A stretch of DNA of 64,000 nucleotides from Octopus vulgaris (GCA_951406725.2 OX597817.1:58900001-58964000), one strand, 5' to 3'; counted from the stretch's first letter, positions 1 through 14,145 are shown. Notes: generated by a model from the sequence alone, not told the origin. A program made the numbers and translations.

Positions 1-265
1 ACACGCACAGACACACACGCACACGCACGCACACACACACGCGCGCGCGCACACTCACACGCACACACACACGCACTCACACACTCTCACACACACACGC
101 TCACACACTCACACACGCACATACGCATACACACACACACACGCACACATACACACACACACGCACTCACACACACACACACACTCACACACACACACAC
201 GCACTCACACACACACGCGCGCACACACACACGCACACATACACGCGCGCACACACACACACACG
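1..265. repeat. Degenerate (CA)n/(CG) microsatellite
   Basis: Directly visible CA dinucleotide tract with interruptions. Confidence 0.95.
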
Positions 266-570
266 TCTGGTCCCTCGAAGTCTTATCAGGTTAATTCGAT
301 GCAATTGCCATATTTGTTATCCGCGTAACTTCCGGGATTTGCCACGTCATTCAGAAGCGGAGAGCATTGCAAGGAATTGTCGTAGAGAATTTCAAATAAG
401 ATAATCAACCAACGTGTACTACATACATTCTATATCTCCCTCTCCCTTTCTTCTCCTTTCATTCTTTCTCTATTACTTTCTTTCTCTCTTTCCTTCCTTC
501 TTTCCTTCTTTCCCTCTTACTTTATTTCTTTCTCCGCACGACACACACACACACACATTGTCGTATGTAT

Positions 571-607
<37 letters not shown>

Positions 608-752
608 TCAGTCATTAGATTGTGGCCATGCTGGGGTACCACATTGAAGAGTTTTTTTTGTTTTTTGTTGATGGAATGGATTTAAGCCTGGTATTTATTC
701 AATTGGTCTGTATTGTCGAACCTCTAAGTTACTGGGAAGTAAACGCATCAAC

Positions 753-826
<74 letters not shown>

Positions 827-828
827 CA

Positions 829-888
<60 letters not shown>

Positions 889-984
889 CTCTCTATCTAT
901 CTATCTACCTATCTATCTATTTATCTCTCTCTCTCTCTCCCTCTATCTATCTGTCTATCTATCTATATGGATGACTAGATAAAT

Positions 985-1017
<33 letters not shown>

Positions 1018-1435
1018 AACAGAGATAGGGACAGACAAACAGAGAAAGAGACAGCCAGACAGACACAGACAAACAGACAGACGGACGGACGGACGAATGA
1101 ATAAAAAATGTATGTAGATATGAGTGAAAAGTTAAGAAGACCGTGAGGTGGTGAGTTCAATGCCATTGCTTGCTAAGTTGATTGTCTTTACCTTAGCTCC
1201 ATGTCAACAACCGAAACCTTGTGAGTGAAAAGGCGTAGGAGAGATTGAAGGAGCGAATCGGACGGAAATGTTGTCGTCATTCAGAAAATACAGCCTTGCC
1301 ACATTGCGTTAGACTAAGTGTTCATAACTGAGGAGCACTCAGCCACTTGGCATGTTAATTCAATGAGGAGGGTCGTTCAGTTGTTCGAGCAGTGGTCGCT
1401 CAAGTGTCGAAGTCGACCGAAGAGTTCACCATTAG

Positions 1436-1565
1436 TATCATCATCATCATCATCATCATCATCATAGTCATCACCATCATCATCATCATCATCACCATAA
1501 ACATAATCATCATCATCATCACAACCATCACCATCATCATCATCATCATCATCATCATTATCATT

Positions 1566-1611
<46 letters not shown>

Positions 1612-1633
1612 GCATCATCATCATCATCATCAT
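1436..1633. repeat. (CAT)n microsatellite
   Basis: Trinucleotide tract; explains the poly-D/I/M ORFs. Confidence 0.95.
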
Positions 1634-1640
1634 CTCCCAT

Positions 1641-1925
1641 CTGAGAAAATGAGTCCCGCGAGGTGAGGTGGTTGTTGCAGCGAGTGTGTTTCTGGCTATT
1701 CTCCATGGCAACACCTTTGTCCGTGAGGTGCAGCTAAGCACACACCACTTGATCTGGGGCCTACAATCTATCACACCCCACCACATCTTCTGCTGCTTAA
1801 CCCCACCTCTTTTTACCCTTTTCGTTCTTTCTTTCTTTCTTTAGTTGTGGGGGTGGGGGTTCCTCGATTTAATCTTTGAGACCTTTAATGTCCCCCCCTC
1901 CTTTTATTCCTGTAAAAATATATTG
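1641..1925 (+). mobile_element. 3' relic of CRE-like RLE-type non-LTR retrotransposon
   Basis: Manual translation ENESREVRWLLQRV/(frameshift)LAILHGN resembles the CRE-clade C-terminal motif QR.S.AI.RGN; followed by UTR-like sequence. Confidence 0.45.
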
Positions 1926-2423
1926 CTAATAATTAATTGGTCCTCCGTCGGTTGCGACGACGAGGGGTTCCAGTTGATCCGATCACCGGAACAGCCTGTT
2001 CGCAAAATTTACGTGCACGTAGCTGAGTACTCCACTGTCACGCGTACCCTTAACATAGTTCTCGGAGCAGATTCAGCGTGACACCGAATGTGACAGGGCT
2101 GGCCCCTTTGAAATACAGCCTCAACTCATTACTGCCAGCTGAGTGGACTGGAGCAACATAACGGGAGTTATCTCCCCTGCTAGCGATAGAAACGAAATTG
2201 CATTTTACACCAAAAAACAAATATGAGACTTTCTCTCGTGGTGTCCACCACATTATAGTTTGTTCTAAGTGGGGATAAACACTACCTCATGAAATAGTGT
2301 CTTGTTTAAAGACACAACGCCCCCCAGTAGGATTCGAACTCACGTCCTTACGACCGTGAGCCGAATACCCTGGAGGTTTTATGGGAAAAAAAGTTAGCGT
2401 AGGAGGAGGTTGCGAAATTCTGT

Positions 2424-2695
2424 GTTCGCTAGAGTTTTTGACAAAGTGAAAAGGAAATAAACCAGGTAATGTGTTCTTCATCTAAGGCGGCAAGTTGGGT
2501 AGAATGGTAAAATGTTTAGCGGCATTTCATCCGCTTTCACGTTCTGAGTTCAAATTCCGCCGAGGTCGACTTCACTTTTCACTTTTTCGAGGTCGATAAA
2601 ATAAGTACCTGTTGAGTACTGGGGAGGGGGTCGATATAATCGATTTAGCCCCTTGCCCCACAGTTGCTGACCTTGTGCCAAAATTTGAAACCAAT
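2424..2695 (+). mobile_element. SINE family B (MetaSINE-like), tail variant ending ccttgtgccaaaatttgaaacc
   Basis: Head aaggcggcaagttgg, B-box-like gagttcaaattcc, central ccgaggtcgactt...gtcgataaaataagtacc shared with many copies in the window. Confidence 0.7.
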
Positions 2696-4389
2696 GAGTT
2701 CCTCTTCTCATGAAAGACAGCAACATTGTGTCAAAAAAAAAAGCTTTTGCCCCCAAGGATTGCTTCTAAGGGGCTGTCCTTTCCCCCTGCTAGAAATAAC
2801 ACAAATTTCTATTAAATATTTTTTTATTTTGTGTTATTTTTTCCTTGGAGCCCTTGAACATACAGGGCCCGTTACCCGGTTTCCATAAGGGACCGAGGTC
2901 ACAATATTTCCTCTGAACAGGACACTGGTCCACTGCAGGGTTCAAGGTCAGCGGTTTTGAGGGGAGGGGGAGCCAAATCATTGACGGGTTCTTGATTTTA
3001 TTGACCGCTAAGCGATTAAAGGCAAAGTTGACCACGGCGAACTTGAACTCAGAACGTAAACAGCCGGAATAAATGCCGCAAAGTATTTTGTCCGATGTGC
3101 TTACGACTCTACCCAATTGAATCACTGCCCAGTCTTTAAAATAACATCCGGGACTTTATTAGAGAATGTGGAATTAGACACATGATGTAAGAGAAAAAGA
3201 ATAGGCGGGATGGTCGTGGCTGGAAATCTTTTGATCATGGCTAGGTTCAAATCAGGGTCGTACAATCAACATCGCAAACATAAATACAACGATAGATACC
3301 AGCAAACAACGACGGATAACGACGGAAACGTCCGCATCAACTGCAATGACACAAGTGGTGGATGTTGCGGCGGCGGCGGCGGCGGTGGTGGTGGTGGTGG
3401 TGGTGACGGTGGTTATGATGGTGATGCTAATAGCACGAGTAGTGGTGGTAGTGGTGGCGATGGTGGGAATGGTGTTGATGGTGAATTGGGTCGCTGGTGG
3501 GGATAGACGGAGTGATGGTGCTGTGAGTGGCAAGGTTAGAAGTTAGTGCGGATGGTTCGTGTGGTTACTGTGGTTGTGGCTGCTGCTGTAGTTTTTCTTT
3601 TCTCTTTTTTTTTTTACTTTCTCATACATTAAGTAATATTTTTTTATCCTTTTAAATCCATTCTGTTTCAAAAGAAAGCAAAAAAAAAAAAACTCCAGTG
3701 TCACGTGACTCTACCAAAATCTGGAAAACGAGGACAAGAATTCGTAAACTTCCCCCGTAGTATTTTATGATCTTATTTCGTTCAGAACAACCGTTAAAAA
3801 TTACTTTTGACTTGAAGGTGCAGTATAATTTAACAAGAGAATCGGCCGTTTCATTACAATATCCAGATTTGCCATTTTATATCTGGGCTATAATTTCGCT
3901 ATTAAAACTGGTCTATTTGAATGTGTTCTGTGGAGATGAACAATTTAATTTCTGCCTTGGAACATTAGACAAGGCAAACTGATAGCAAATCTTCACAATT
4001 TATTTGAAAATCATGCGCTGTACTTTGACATAATAATTTCCAACTGATTATTCCTACGGCATGATAATCTACAATTAGAAAACAGAATGGTATTCTTCGT
4101 TTATGGTTCCTGTAGGACATTATTAGCAACAAAACTCATTGTATTTGAATCATGTTACTGTAAATGCGATTGCTTTTTTTTCTGTAAGTGATATTTTCGC
4201 TTCTTGTTCTTCGAAATTATTAATGTCACATTTGGATTGACTCGCATCACTTTTATTATTTTGTGTATTTGCCGTAGATCTAGAAATAAAACTTGGAAAT
4301 GGATGCTGCTGATAATTTTCGTCCGCCATACACACAAAGCCTGAATTTTCTTTTCTTTCCTTTTTTTTTAAAATTTTTTTGTGTTTGTC

Positions 4390-4710
4390 GGGACGTTGTC
4401 ACTTACATCGACCCCGATGCTTATTTTATCCACCCTGAAAAGGATGAAATGCAAAGTGAACCTCGGCGGGATTTGAACTCAGAACGTAAACACCCGAAAG
4501 AAAATACCTATTTCTTTATTACCCACAAGGGGCTAAACATAGACAGACATAGGTATTAAGTCGATTACATCGACCCCAGTGCGTAACTGGTACTTAATTT
4601 ATCGACCCCGAAAGGATGAAAGGCAAAGTCGACCTCGGCGGAATTTGAACTCAGAACATAAAGACAGACGAAAAACCGGCGTGCTAACGATTCTGCCAGC
4701 TCGCCACCCT
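4390..4710 (-). mobile_element. Tandem (dimeric) SINE family B copies
   Basis: Two successive gaccccg...aaaggatgaaa...cctcggcgg...tttgaactcagaac units. Confidence 0.8.
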
Positions 4711-4750
4711 ATAATAGTAATAATAGTAATGATGATTATTATTATTATTA

Positions 4751-4976
4751 TTTTATGTTTGACTTTTGCTTTGCATTTGTACAAGTTGGCTCCAAGTCTC
4801 ACTCACAGACCTCAAGAGACAACAAGTTAGAAGTTCATGTTATGCCTAGGGTACCATATATTTGGTTTTGTACATAGTGTTGTTCTAGAGCATGTTTAAG
4901 AAACCATAAGAAAATTATGCATTTGTTTTAAAACTTGAGATTACATAGAAAGTATTTTGCGTAGGATATGGGCTGG
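4751..4976 (-). mobile_element. 3' end of Dong/R4-like non-LTR retrotransposon
   Basis: Minus strand reads AHILRK ILSM* then about 180 bp of UTR ending in (TAA)n; same motif as at 18661 and 33421. Confidence 0.6.
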
Positions 4977-4995
4977 TGCGGCTCATATATGCGTC

Positions 4996-5051
<56 letters not shown>

Positions 5052-5609
5052 GACGGGCTTCTTTCAGTTTCCATCTACCAAATCCATTCACAAGGCTTTG
5101 GTCAGCCTGAGGCTATAGTAGAAGGCACTTGTCTAAAGTGCCACGCAGTAGAACTGAACCCGGAACCATACGGTTGAGAAGCAAGCTTCTTACCGCACAG
5201 CCAATCCTGGTCACAATGTATTTGATATTTAGTAGGAAGTGTAAAGAATAACCTAGATTTTGGTTTAATCTTCAAACCAGATGCGAAGTACCCGAAAGCT
5301 TGGCCCTATGTTTTACAAATTTCCATTCGTGGACGATATTGGTTTTCATTTTAAACGAACCCGAGTGTCGTTGATGAATTTAATACCAATCTTTGCTATG
5401 TTTGTAACTGACAAGGGATACGCCTCATGCGGGGTGTAGATAGACACATTTGTGTGTGTGTTCGCGGGCATGTATGTATGTATGTATGTGCGTATGGGAG
5501 GCGTGAACATGTATGTGCGTGGTGGTGGCGGCGCTGGTGGTGGAGGTATTTTTGCGTGTGTGCTTGTATGTTTTGTTTTGAACGCACGCGCGTGTTCATA
5601 TGTGCGTGC

Positions 5610-5670
<61 letters not shown>

Positions 5671-5883
5671 TTTGTGCCTGTGCTTGTCCACTACTACCCG
5701 CTTGACAACCGATGATGGTGTGTTTATATCTCCGTAACTTGGCGGTTCGGCAAAAGAGACAGATAGAATAAGTACCAGCTTTAAGAAAAATATTAGCACA
5801 GACGTCGATTCGTTCGACTAAAATTCTTCAGGGCGGTGCCCTAGCATGGCCGCAATATGGTGGGTGAAACAAGTAATGTATAT

Positions 5884-6165
5884 ATCACGTGATCGAGCAG
5901 ACGATCGAATGTTGTTGTACATCGCTAGTCACAATGCGCTTTGAATCGTTTAAATTTATTTTTTTATGATGCCGTCCCGCTGGCTGGGCGTGACGACCGT
6001 CATTCCCTCTGATTGGGAGGCTAGTCCGTCTCAGGGTTACTCATTTACAGCTGAGCGGACTGCGGCAACGGGAAATGAATCCAACGCACCGCTTGTTCCG
6101 AGGGTCGAACCCACGACGTAGCGATCGTGAGTGCAACACCCTAAACGCTAGATCACGCGCCTTCC
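5884..6165 (-). mobile_element. SINE family C (tRNA head, RTE-derived tail)
   Basis: Homologous to 34370-34630 and 44710-44970; tail gatgttgttgtacatcgctggtcacaat. Confidence 0.7.
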
Positions 6166-6368
6166 CATATATATTGTATCACATTATATACACATTCCCC
6201 GTCGCCACGTTCTGAGTTCAAATTCAGCCGAAGTCTACTTTGCTTTTCATCCTTCCAGTGTCGACTAATCAAGTACCAGTGAAACACTGGGGTCGATGTA
6301 ATCGATTAGTCTCCTCCCCCAAAATTTCAGGCCTTGTGCCTCTAGTAGAAAGGATTGCATTATATATA

Positions 6369-9090
6369 TGTAACGAACTTTGAGAGTGTGATGTGAATAT
6401 CTTGTCTTGTACTTTCGGGGTACAAGAAGGCAATCACTCACTAGTCGTTGCTTTAATAATCCAGATTCTCTACAAGTCAGAAACAACAAGACGCAGACGT
6501 AAAATATATATTACTACTTTATTCTCTTTCTTGGTAACAATAACAATAAGTGTGTTATCTGATGTCCTTGGTTCTGGGCGCGCAAGGCTGAAAGTTAATC
6601 GATTGTAATATTTACAATATTCAGCCGCTAAACCAGAAAGGGGTCAAGATGGCGTCGAACAGGGAAGTTGAATGTGGTCGGCAACAATTTGGTTAAACGC
6701 ATTCGGCCGACTGCTGCTATCAACCGGAGAGAAAATATATCGTGACCGCCGCCTTCAATCGCTGGGTCCCAAGTCACCGCTTGCTGCTGCTTGTGGTCAA
6801 ACGTTCTACGATCCCCCTGCCTTGGCCAGGGTCGTGCTTCCGGTGGTTCGCGCATGCGCGAGAGGGCCCTTCCTTTCTCTGCCTTGGTAAAGGCACCAAC
6901 ACGCGCGAAATACAAATGGACGGTGCGCGAGCGCGCGCCGTTGTAGGATCACTACAGGCTCCCCTGCGTACGCACGAAAGGAAACTTATTGTAGTGACTG
7001 CAAAACTCAAGGTGGACACCAGATAACCAAATAGCACACAATAATATAATGGCAAAATTTACAACATACACAAGAAATTTACTAAAGGAAAAAGAGAAAA
7101 AATACTCAATGAGCAAAAATCAAGAGTGCATGCATGAAAGTGTATACGTCACAAAGTATAAACCCTTCCGCTGAAAGGAGCGGAGGGAAAGCAAAACTCA
7201 CAGTTAATGAACCTAAACGAAATTAAAATCCAACTTTTCTAAAGGTAGTTGATCCTGCGAAATAGCAGTTAAATCAATTGCTGCAGGAGAGGAAATGGAA
7301 TTGACAGAATAGATCGCTAGTAACACAAAAGGCAAAAGTGCAAACATGCTGGTGTGATGCGCGACACAGATAATTTTCTGTTAATTACGTGACCAACAGT
7401 GGTCTAACAGGGAAAAATAATTACGCCTAAACATGGCGCAGCGCATGTGAACATCCGACTTTCTATGAGTCGGGAAAAGAATTAAGCTAGCGCAAACGTG
7501 TTGCAAAAAACAAGGCAAGTACACGTGCGAAGCAAGGCGCATGAAATGCAATAGTGCTTGCCAGACCAAAAAAACAGCAAGAATATGCCAGTGGTTGAGC
7601 GATTATATGCTTCGTTCGTATAGGAACAAAAGTATGGCATGCTGGCGCGTCATAATGGACAAACAACCCTCTCTATGTATACGTGACCGACCTAGGGTCT
7701 ATAGAAATGAGGGGTGTCCACAAAAGGCAAATTCAGCATGGAAAAAAAACAAGCGAGAAAAGCATGTGTGACGTATGTATGTGAGAGAGAGCATTTATGT
7801 GTGTGTACGTGTGTGCGACAGAAATACATACAAGGTGAATGCGAGCAAAATACAAAAAATACAGCGCATAGAAAAATGTCTCTCATGTGCTATTTCAGAC
7901 AAGAGTTAATTTACCAGTCTGTAATAGCCTGATGTACAAATAGCAGTTCGTTCTGTAACAGAATGTTGAGATCACAAATGCAGATGCCGATTGAACACAT
8001 ATCGTGTAACGGTTGTGGCTTCAATGCTGTGACAGGTTAACTGGATACAGAAGAAATCTCGTAGATAGACGGTGCTGTAAATCCTTGGTGTGCGAATGCA
8101 CAAACGGCAAGTGGACTAAAGTTCCGCGAGTTGCTATGTACATCTTGTGAAGGTCGACGGTGTTGAAAGGCGACGTTGGTGGTGGAAGGCGACTGTAGTG
8201 GACTTGGGACAACATCGTTCTTAGTGATGATGGCGACGAAGATAGCGACGACGTGAAGTAGACAGACGACGATGACGATGACGAAGGTGGAGAAAAGGCA
8301 TCGATGATATGATGGCGTTCGTCATCATGGCTGTAGAATAAGAAAAGGGCTCCTTCTATAACGGTCCGAGAGGACGGAAACAAATCGTCGAAAGATGAAT
8401 GCGTAGTGTTAAATCGTGTTCCGACTTCGCAGAAAAACTGGATTTTTTTTTGTTGTTAAGTGATCTCTGGTTTTAGACCAGAATCACGTCGGGGGTCACC
8501 ACTGTAACGAACTTTGAGAGTGTGATGTGAATATCTTGTCTTGTACTTTCGGGGTACAAGAAGGCAATCACTCACTAGCCGTTACTTTAATAATCCAGAT
8601 TCTCTACAAGTCAGAAACAACAAGACGCAGACGTAAAATATATATTACTACTTTATTCTCTTTCTTGGTAACAATAACAATAAGTGTGTTATCTGATGTC
8701 CTTGGTTCTGGGCGCGCAAGGCTGAAAGTTAATCGATTGTAATATTTACAATATTCAGCCGCTAAACCAGAAAGGGGTCAAGATGGCGTCGGACAGGGAA
8801 GTTGAATGTGGTCGGCAACAATTTGGTTAAAGGCATTCGGCCGACTGCTGCTATCAACCGGAGAGAAAATATATCGTGACCGCCGCCTTCAATCGCTGGG
8901 TCCCAAGTCACCGCTTGCTGCTGCTAGTGGTCAAACGTTCTACGATCCCCCTGCCTTGGCCAGGGTCGTGCTTCCGGTGGTTCGCGCATGCGCGAGAGGG
9001 CCCTTCCTTTCTCTGCCTTGGTAAAGGCACCAACACGCGCGAAATACAAATGGACGGTGCGCGAGCGCGCGCCGTTGTAGGATCACTACA
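6369..9090 (-). mobile_element. Non-autonomous Gypsy-type (CsRn1-like) LTR retrotransposon
   Basis: Two 588-bp direct repeats (6369-6956, 8503-9090) with TG...CA ends and about 5 differences by eye; TATA 4-bp TSD; PBS at about 8481-8501 matching the tRNA-Trp 3' end (aatcacgtcggggtcacca, one extra g); purine tract at 6957-6967; no gag/pol in the 1.55-kb interior. Confidence 0.9.
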
Positions 9091-9111
9091 TATACATTCA
9101 TACATATGTAC

Positions 9112-9166
<55 letters not shown>

Positions 9167-9792
9167 ATCTATCTATCTATCCATCTATCTCTCTATCTAT
9201 CTATTTATCAATCTATCCATCTATCACACACACATACATATTAGTTGATTGCCAATAATACAGTTGTTGAAGGGTTTGCCATTCACTAGATACACACACA
9301 CACACACACACATTGAGTCATATTTCTTGCTTCCATCCCAGGAATTCTTATGAAAAACCCCCCAACACATTTCATCATTGAAGAAAATCCCTCGTGGTTT
9401 CATTTTGTACCATTTACTGGGACAAATATTATTTACCGACACGTTTTAAAAATATATCGTTGCTTTCAAAATGGCAACCACACTCCATGAAACAATACTC
9501 GGATTAAATAAAGACGGCTATTAAAAATGTATGAGCGCATGTGTGCTAGTGAGTGTGGCTGTGTGTGTGTGTATGTGTGCTAGTGAGTATGGTTGTGTGT
9601 GTATGTGGTAGTGGTGTGGGGTGCTCGCGTAGTTACAAGTTAATCCGGCAAACTCGAATTACAGCTGGTTGAGACAAGACGTGGCTGTTTGTCTATAATG
9701 GCAAAGTACGGCCATATCGGCTTGTGTCGCTGATACTGGGCAAGGCCGAACAAACAGGTATGACTCATGAGTGCAGGTATGGCTCATGTGTG

Positions 9793-9834
<42 letters not shown>

Positions 9835-10019
9835 AGTGAGTGTGGTTGTGTGTGTGTGGTAGTGGGAGGGTGGTGCACGCGTAGTTACAAGTTACTCCGG
9901 CAAACTCGAATTACAGCTGGTTGAGACAAGACTTGACTGTCTATAATGGCAAAGTACGGCCATATTGGCTTGCGCCGCTGAAACTTGGCAAGACCAAACA
10001 AACAGCTTACTTTCTCCCA

Positions 10020-12140
10020 CCCATTCTACCTAACTTGGTGCAGGAATGGCTCATGAGGGTGTGACCTTAGTCCATGGTACAGGCATGGCTCATGAGTGCA
10101 AACATGGCCATTGGGAATGGGAATTGTTCTTCGGTGCGGGCATGGCTCGTGAGTGCAGACATTACTCTTGAGTGCATCCATGGCTCCTGAGTACAGCATG
10201 ACTGATGAGTGTATACATTACTCTTGAGTGCAAGCATGGCTCCTGAGTGCAGCATGGCTGATGAATGTATACATTACTCTTGAGTGCAAGCATGGCTCCT
10301 GAGTGCAGCATGGCTGATGAGTGCAGGCATTACTCTTGAATACAGGTATGGCTGATGAGTGCAGGTATGTATCGTGAGTACCCGCATGGCTTATGAGTGC
10401 AGCATAGCTCATTTGTGCAGGCGTTGCTCTTGAGAGCTGGTGCAGCACATGAGTGCAACTATCGACCATGTGAGCAGGCATTACACTTTAGTGCAGGCAT
10501 GGCTCAAGTGTGCAGCATCGTTTATGAATGCAGGGATTCCACTTGAGTACAGCCATGGCTGATGAGTGCATGTATGGCTCATGAGTGCAGATATGGCTCA
10601 TGAGTGAAGGTATGACTCACGAGTGCAGGTATGACTCAAGAGTGCAGGTATGACTCATGAGTGCAGATATGGCTCATGAGTGCAGATATGGCTCATGAGT
10701 GCAGGTATGGCTCATGAGTGCAGGTATGGCTCATGGGTGCAGGTATGGGTCACGAGAGCAGGTATGACTCATGAGTGCAGGTACGGCTCAGGAGTGCAGT
10801 TATGGCTCATGAGTGCAGGTAAGACTCATGAGTGCGGGTATGATTCATGAGTGCAGGTATGGCTCATGAGCGCAGATATGGCTCATGAGTGCACGTATGG
10901 CTCATGAGTGCCGATATGGCTCACGAGTGCAGGATTGACTCATGATTGCAGGTATGGCACACGAGTGAAGATATGGCTCATGAGTGCAGGTATGACTCAT
11001 GAGTGCAGGTACGCCTCATGAGGGCAGGTATAACTCATGAGTGCAGGTATGGCTCATGAGTGTAGATATGGCTCATGTGTGCAGGTATGGCTCACGAGTG
11101 CAGATATGGCTCATGAGTGCTGGTATGGCTCATGAGTACAGGTAAGGCTCATGAGTGCAATTATGGCTCATGAGTGCAGGTGTGGCTCATGAGTGCAGGT
11201 ATGACATGAGTGCATGTATGGCTCATGAGTGCAGGTATGACTCATGAGTGCAGGTATGGCTCACGAGTGCAGGTATGCCTCATGAGTGCAGATAGGGCTC
11301 ATGAGTGCAGGTATAACTCATGAGTGCAGATATGGCTCATGACAGCAGTTATGACTCATGAGTGCAGGTATGGATCATGAGTGCGGGTATGACTCATGAG
11401 GAAAGCTATGGTTCATGAGTGTAGGTATGTCTCATGAGTGCAGGTATGACTCGTGATTGCAGGTATGGCTCATGAGTGCAGGCATGACTCATGAGTGCAG
11501 GTATGGCTCATGAGTGCGAGATATGCCTCATGAGTGCAGGTATGGTTCATGAGTGCACCTATGGCTCATGAGTGCAGGTATGACTCACGAGTGCAGGTAT
11601 GACTCACGAGTGGAGGTATGGCTCATGAGTTCGGGTATGACTCATGTGTGAAGTTATGGCTCATGAGTGCAAGTATGACTCATGAGTGCAGGTATGGCTT
11701 ATGAGTGCAGATATGGCTCATGAGTGCAGGTAAGACTCATGAGTGCAGGTATGACTCATGAGTTCAGGTATGAGTCATGAGTGCAGGTAAGGCTCATGAA
11801 TACAGGTATGGCCCATGAGTGCAGATATGGCTCATGAGTGCAGGTATGGCTCATGAGTGCAGGTATAGTTGATGAGTGCAGGTATGGCTCATGATTGCAG
11901 GATTACTCATGAGTGCATGTATTGCTCATGAGTGCAGATATGGCTCATGAGTGCAGGTACGGCTTATGAGTGCATGTACGGCTTATGAGTGCAGGTATGA
12001 CTCATGAGTGCATGTATGACGTATGAGTGCAGGTATGACTCATGAGTGCAGGTATGGCTCATGAGTGAAGATATGGCTCATGAGTGCATGTATGGCTCAT
12101 GTGTGCAGGTATGGCTCACGCGTGGAGGTATGGCTCATGA
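10020..12140. repeat. 19-bp minisatellite array 1 (consensus gagtgcaggtatggctcat)
   Basis: Period 19 read directly; about 83 regular units from 10560 plus a degenerate left part. Confidence 0.97.
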
Positions 12141-12216
12141 CATACGACTGAGTTTAAACTTGAATGTCGTGATGTATTTCACATATACATTCTCTCTCTC
12201 TCTCTCTCTCTCTCTC

Positions 12217-12256
<40 letters not shown>

Positions 12257-12482
12257 TAGTGTACAATTTAAACACAAAAGAAAACTACCCTTTAACAGGT
12301 AATTTTTACATGCTAGAAGAAGCAGCCAACACTGCCAAAACCACGATTTAATAGCAATTTTCGAAGGAATGAAAAATAAAAACTTTTACCTTGTTATTTT
12401 TATTTGCTGTTATACCATGGTTTCAAATTCCTTTTGCAAATAATATTATCTGCCACCTTTTAATAGTTGATTTAACAAACTT

Positions 12483-13167
12483 GTGAGTGCTGATATGGCT
12501 CAAGAGTGCAGATATGGCTCATAAGTGCAGGTATGACTCATGAGTGCGAGTATGGCTTATGGGTGCAGGTATGGCTCACGAGTGCAGATATGGCTCATGA
12601 GTGCAGGTATGGCTCATGAGTGCAGATATGGTTCATGAGTGCGGCTATGGCTAATGAGTGCAGGTGTGGCTCATGAGTGCAGGTATGACATGAGTGCAGG
12701 TTTGGCTCATGAGCGCAGATATGGCTCATGAGTGCACGTATGGCTCATGAGTGCAGGTATGCCTCATGAGTGCAGATAGAGCTCATGAATGCAGGTATAG
12801 CTCATGAGTGCAGTTATGACTCATGAGTGCATATATGCCTCATGAGTGCAGATAGAGCTCATGAATGCAGGTATAGCTCATGAGTGCAGATATGGCTCAT
12901 GAGTGCATTTATGACTCATGATTACAGGTATGACTCATGAGTGAAGCTATGGTTCATGAGTGCAGGTCTGGCTCATGAGTTCGGGTAAGACGCATGATTG
13001 CAGGTATCGCTCATCAGTGCAGGTATGGTTCATGAGTGCAGGTATGGCTCATGAGTGTAAGTATGGTTCATGAGTGCAGGTATGGCTCATGAGTTCGGGT
13101 AAGACTCATGAGTGCAGGTATGACTCATGAGTGCAGGTATGGCTCACGAGTGAAGATATGGCTCATA
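12483..13167. repeat. 19-bp minisatellite array 2 (about 36 units)
   Basis: Same unit as array 1. Confidence 0.95.
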
Positions 13168-13215
13168 ACATATGACTGAGTTTAAACTTCAATTTCGTGT
13201 TGTATTTCACATATA

Positions 13216-13252
<37 letters not shown>

Positions 13253-13402
13253 AATATATATATATATATATAAATTTTAAAATAGTGTACAGTTAAACAC
13301 AAAAGAAAACTACCCTTTTGCAGGTAATTTTTGCATGCTAGAAGAAGCAGCTAACACGGCCAAAACCACGATTTAATAGCAATTTTCGAAGGAATGAAAA
13401 AT

Positions 13403-13440
<38 letters not shown>

Positions 13441-13598
13441 CATTTATCTATCTATCTATCCATCTATCTATCTATCTGCCTATCTATCTATCTGCCTATC
13501 TCTCTGTCTATCTATCTATCAATCTATCTATCTATCTATCTGCCTATCTATCTATGTATATATCTATCTATCTATATCTATCTGTCCATCTATCTATC

Positions 13599-13681
<83 letters not shown>

Positions 13682-13682
<1 letters not shown>

Positions 13683-14092
13683 GGGCTCGCTTATCGGCCG
13701 AGTGTATTGCGGATATTGTTCCACCACCTTCCTTTAAACGGGAAGGGAAAACGGTTTTCGTTACGCTGATGGCTATGGCGAAAGAATGTGTGTGTTGGAC
13801 GCATTTGAAAGGACTGCAAACAAACATCTTCCTCTCTGGTCAGTCTCTCGTCAACTTTTTCAAATACCACTGGAAAAGGAGGATGAGAATAGAGAGGAAA
13901 GCTTTGTCGAACGAATGTTTTAATAAAAAGTGGGTAAAAGTGGCAAAAATGAAAGACGACACTATTTTAAGCATAAATCTGTAACCAAAAGAGATGTAAG
14001 GTGACTTACTCATGTGTTCATTTTCGAACTGTCGGGGGTGACCTTGGTCTTTTTTGTAGGTTTTTCTTTCCAGGGCTACACCTAAACTGTGA

Positions 14093-14145
<53 letters not shown>

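Noticed and set aside
3210-3546. Gly-rich or Thr-rich ORFs as a host exon (similarly 35861-36552)
   Set aside because: Degenerate (GGT/GAT/CAT)n triplet repeats open in several frames on both strands, with no splice or domain support
6393-9244. Duplicated small ORFs (71-122 aa) as paralogous genes
   Set aside because: They lie within the two LTR copies and have no recognisable domain
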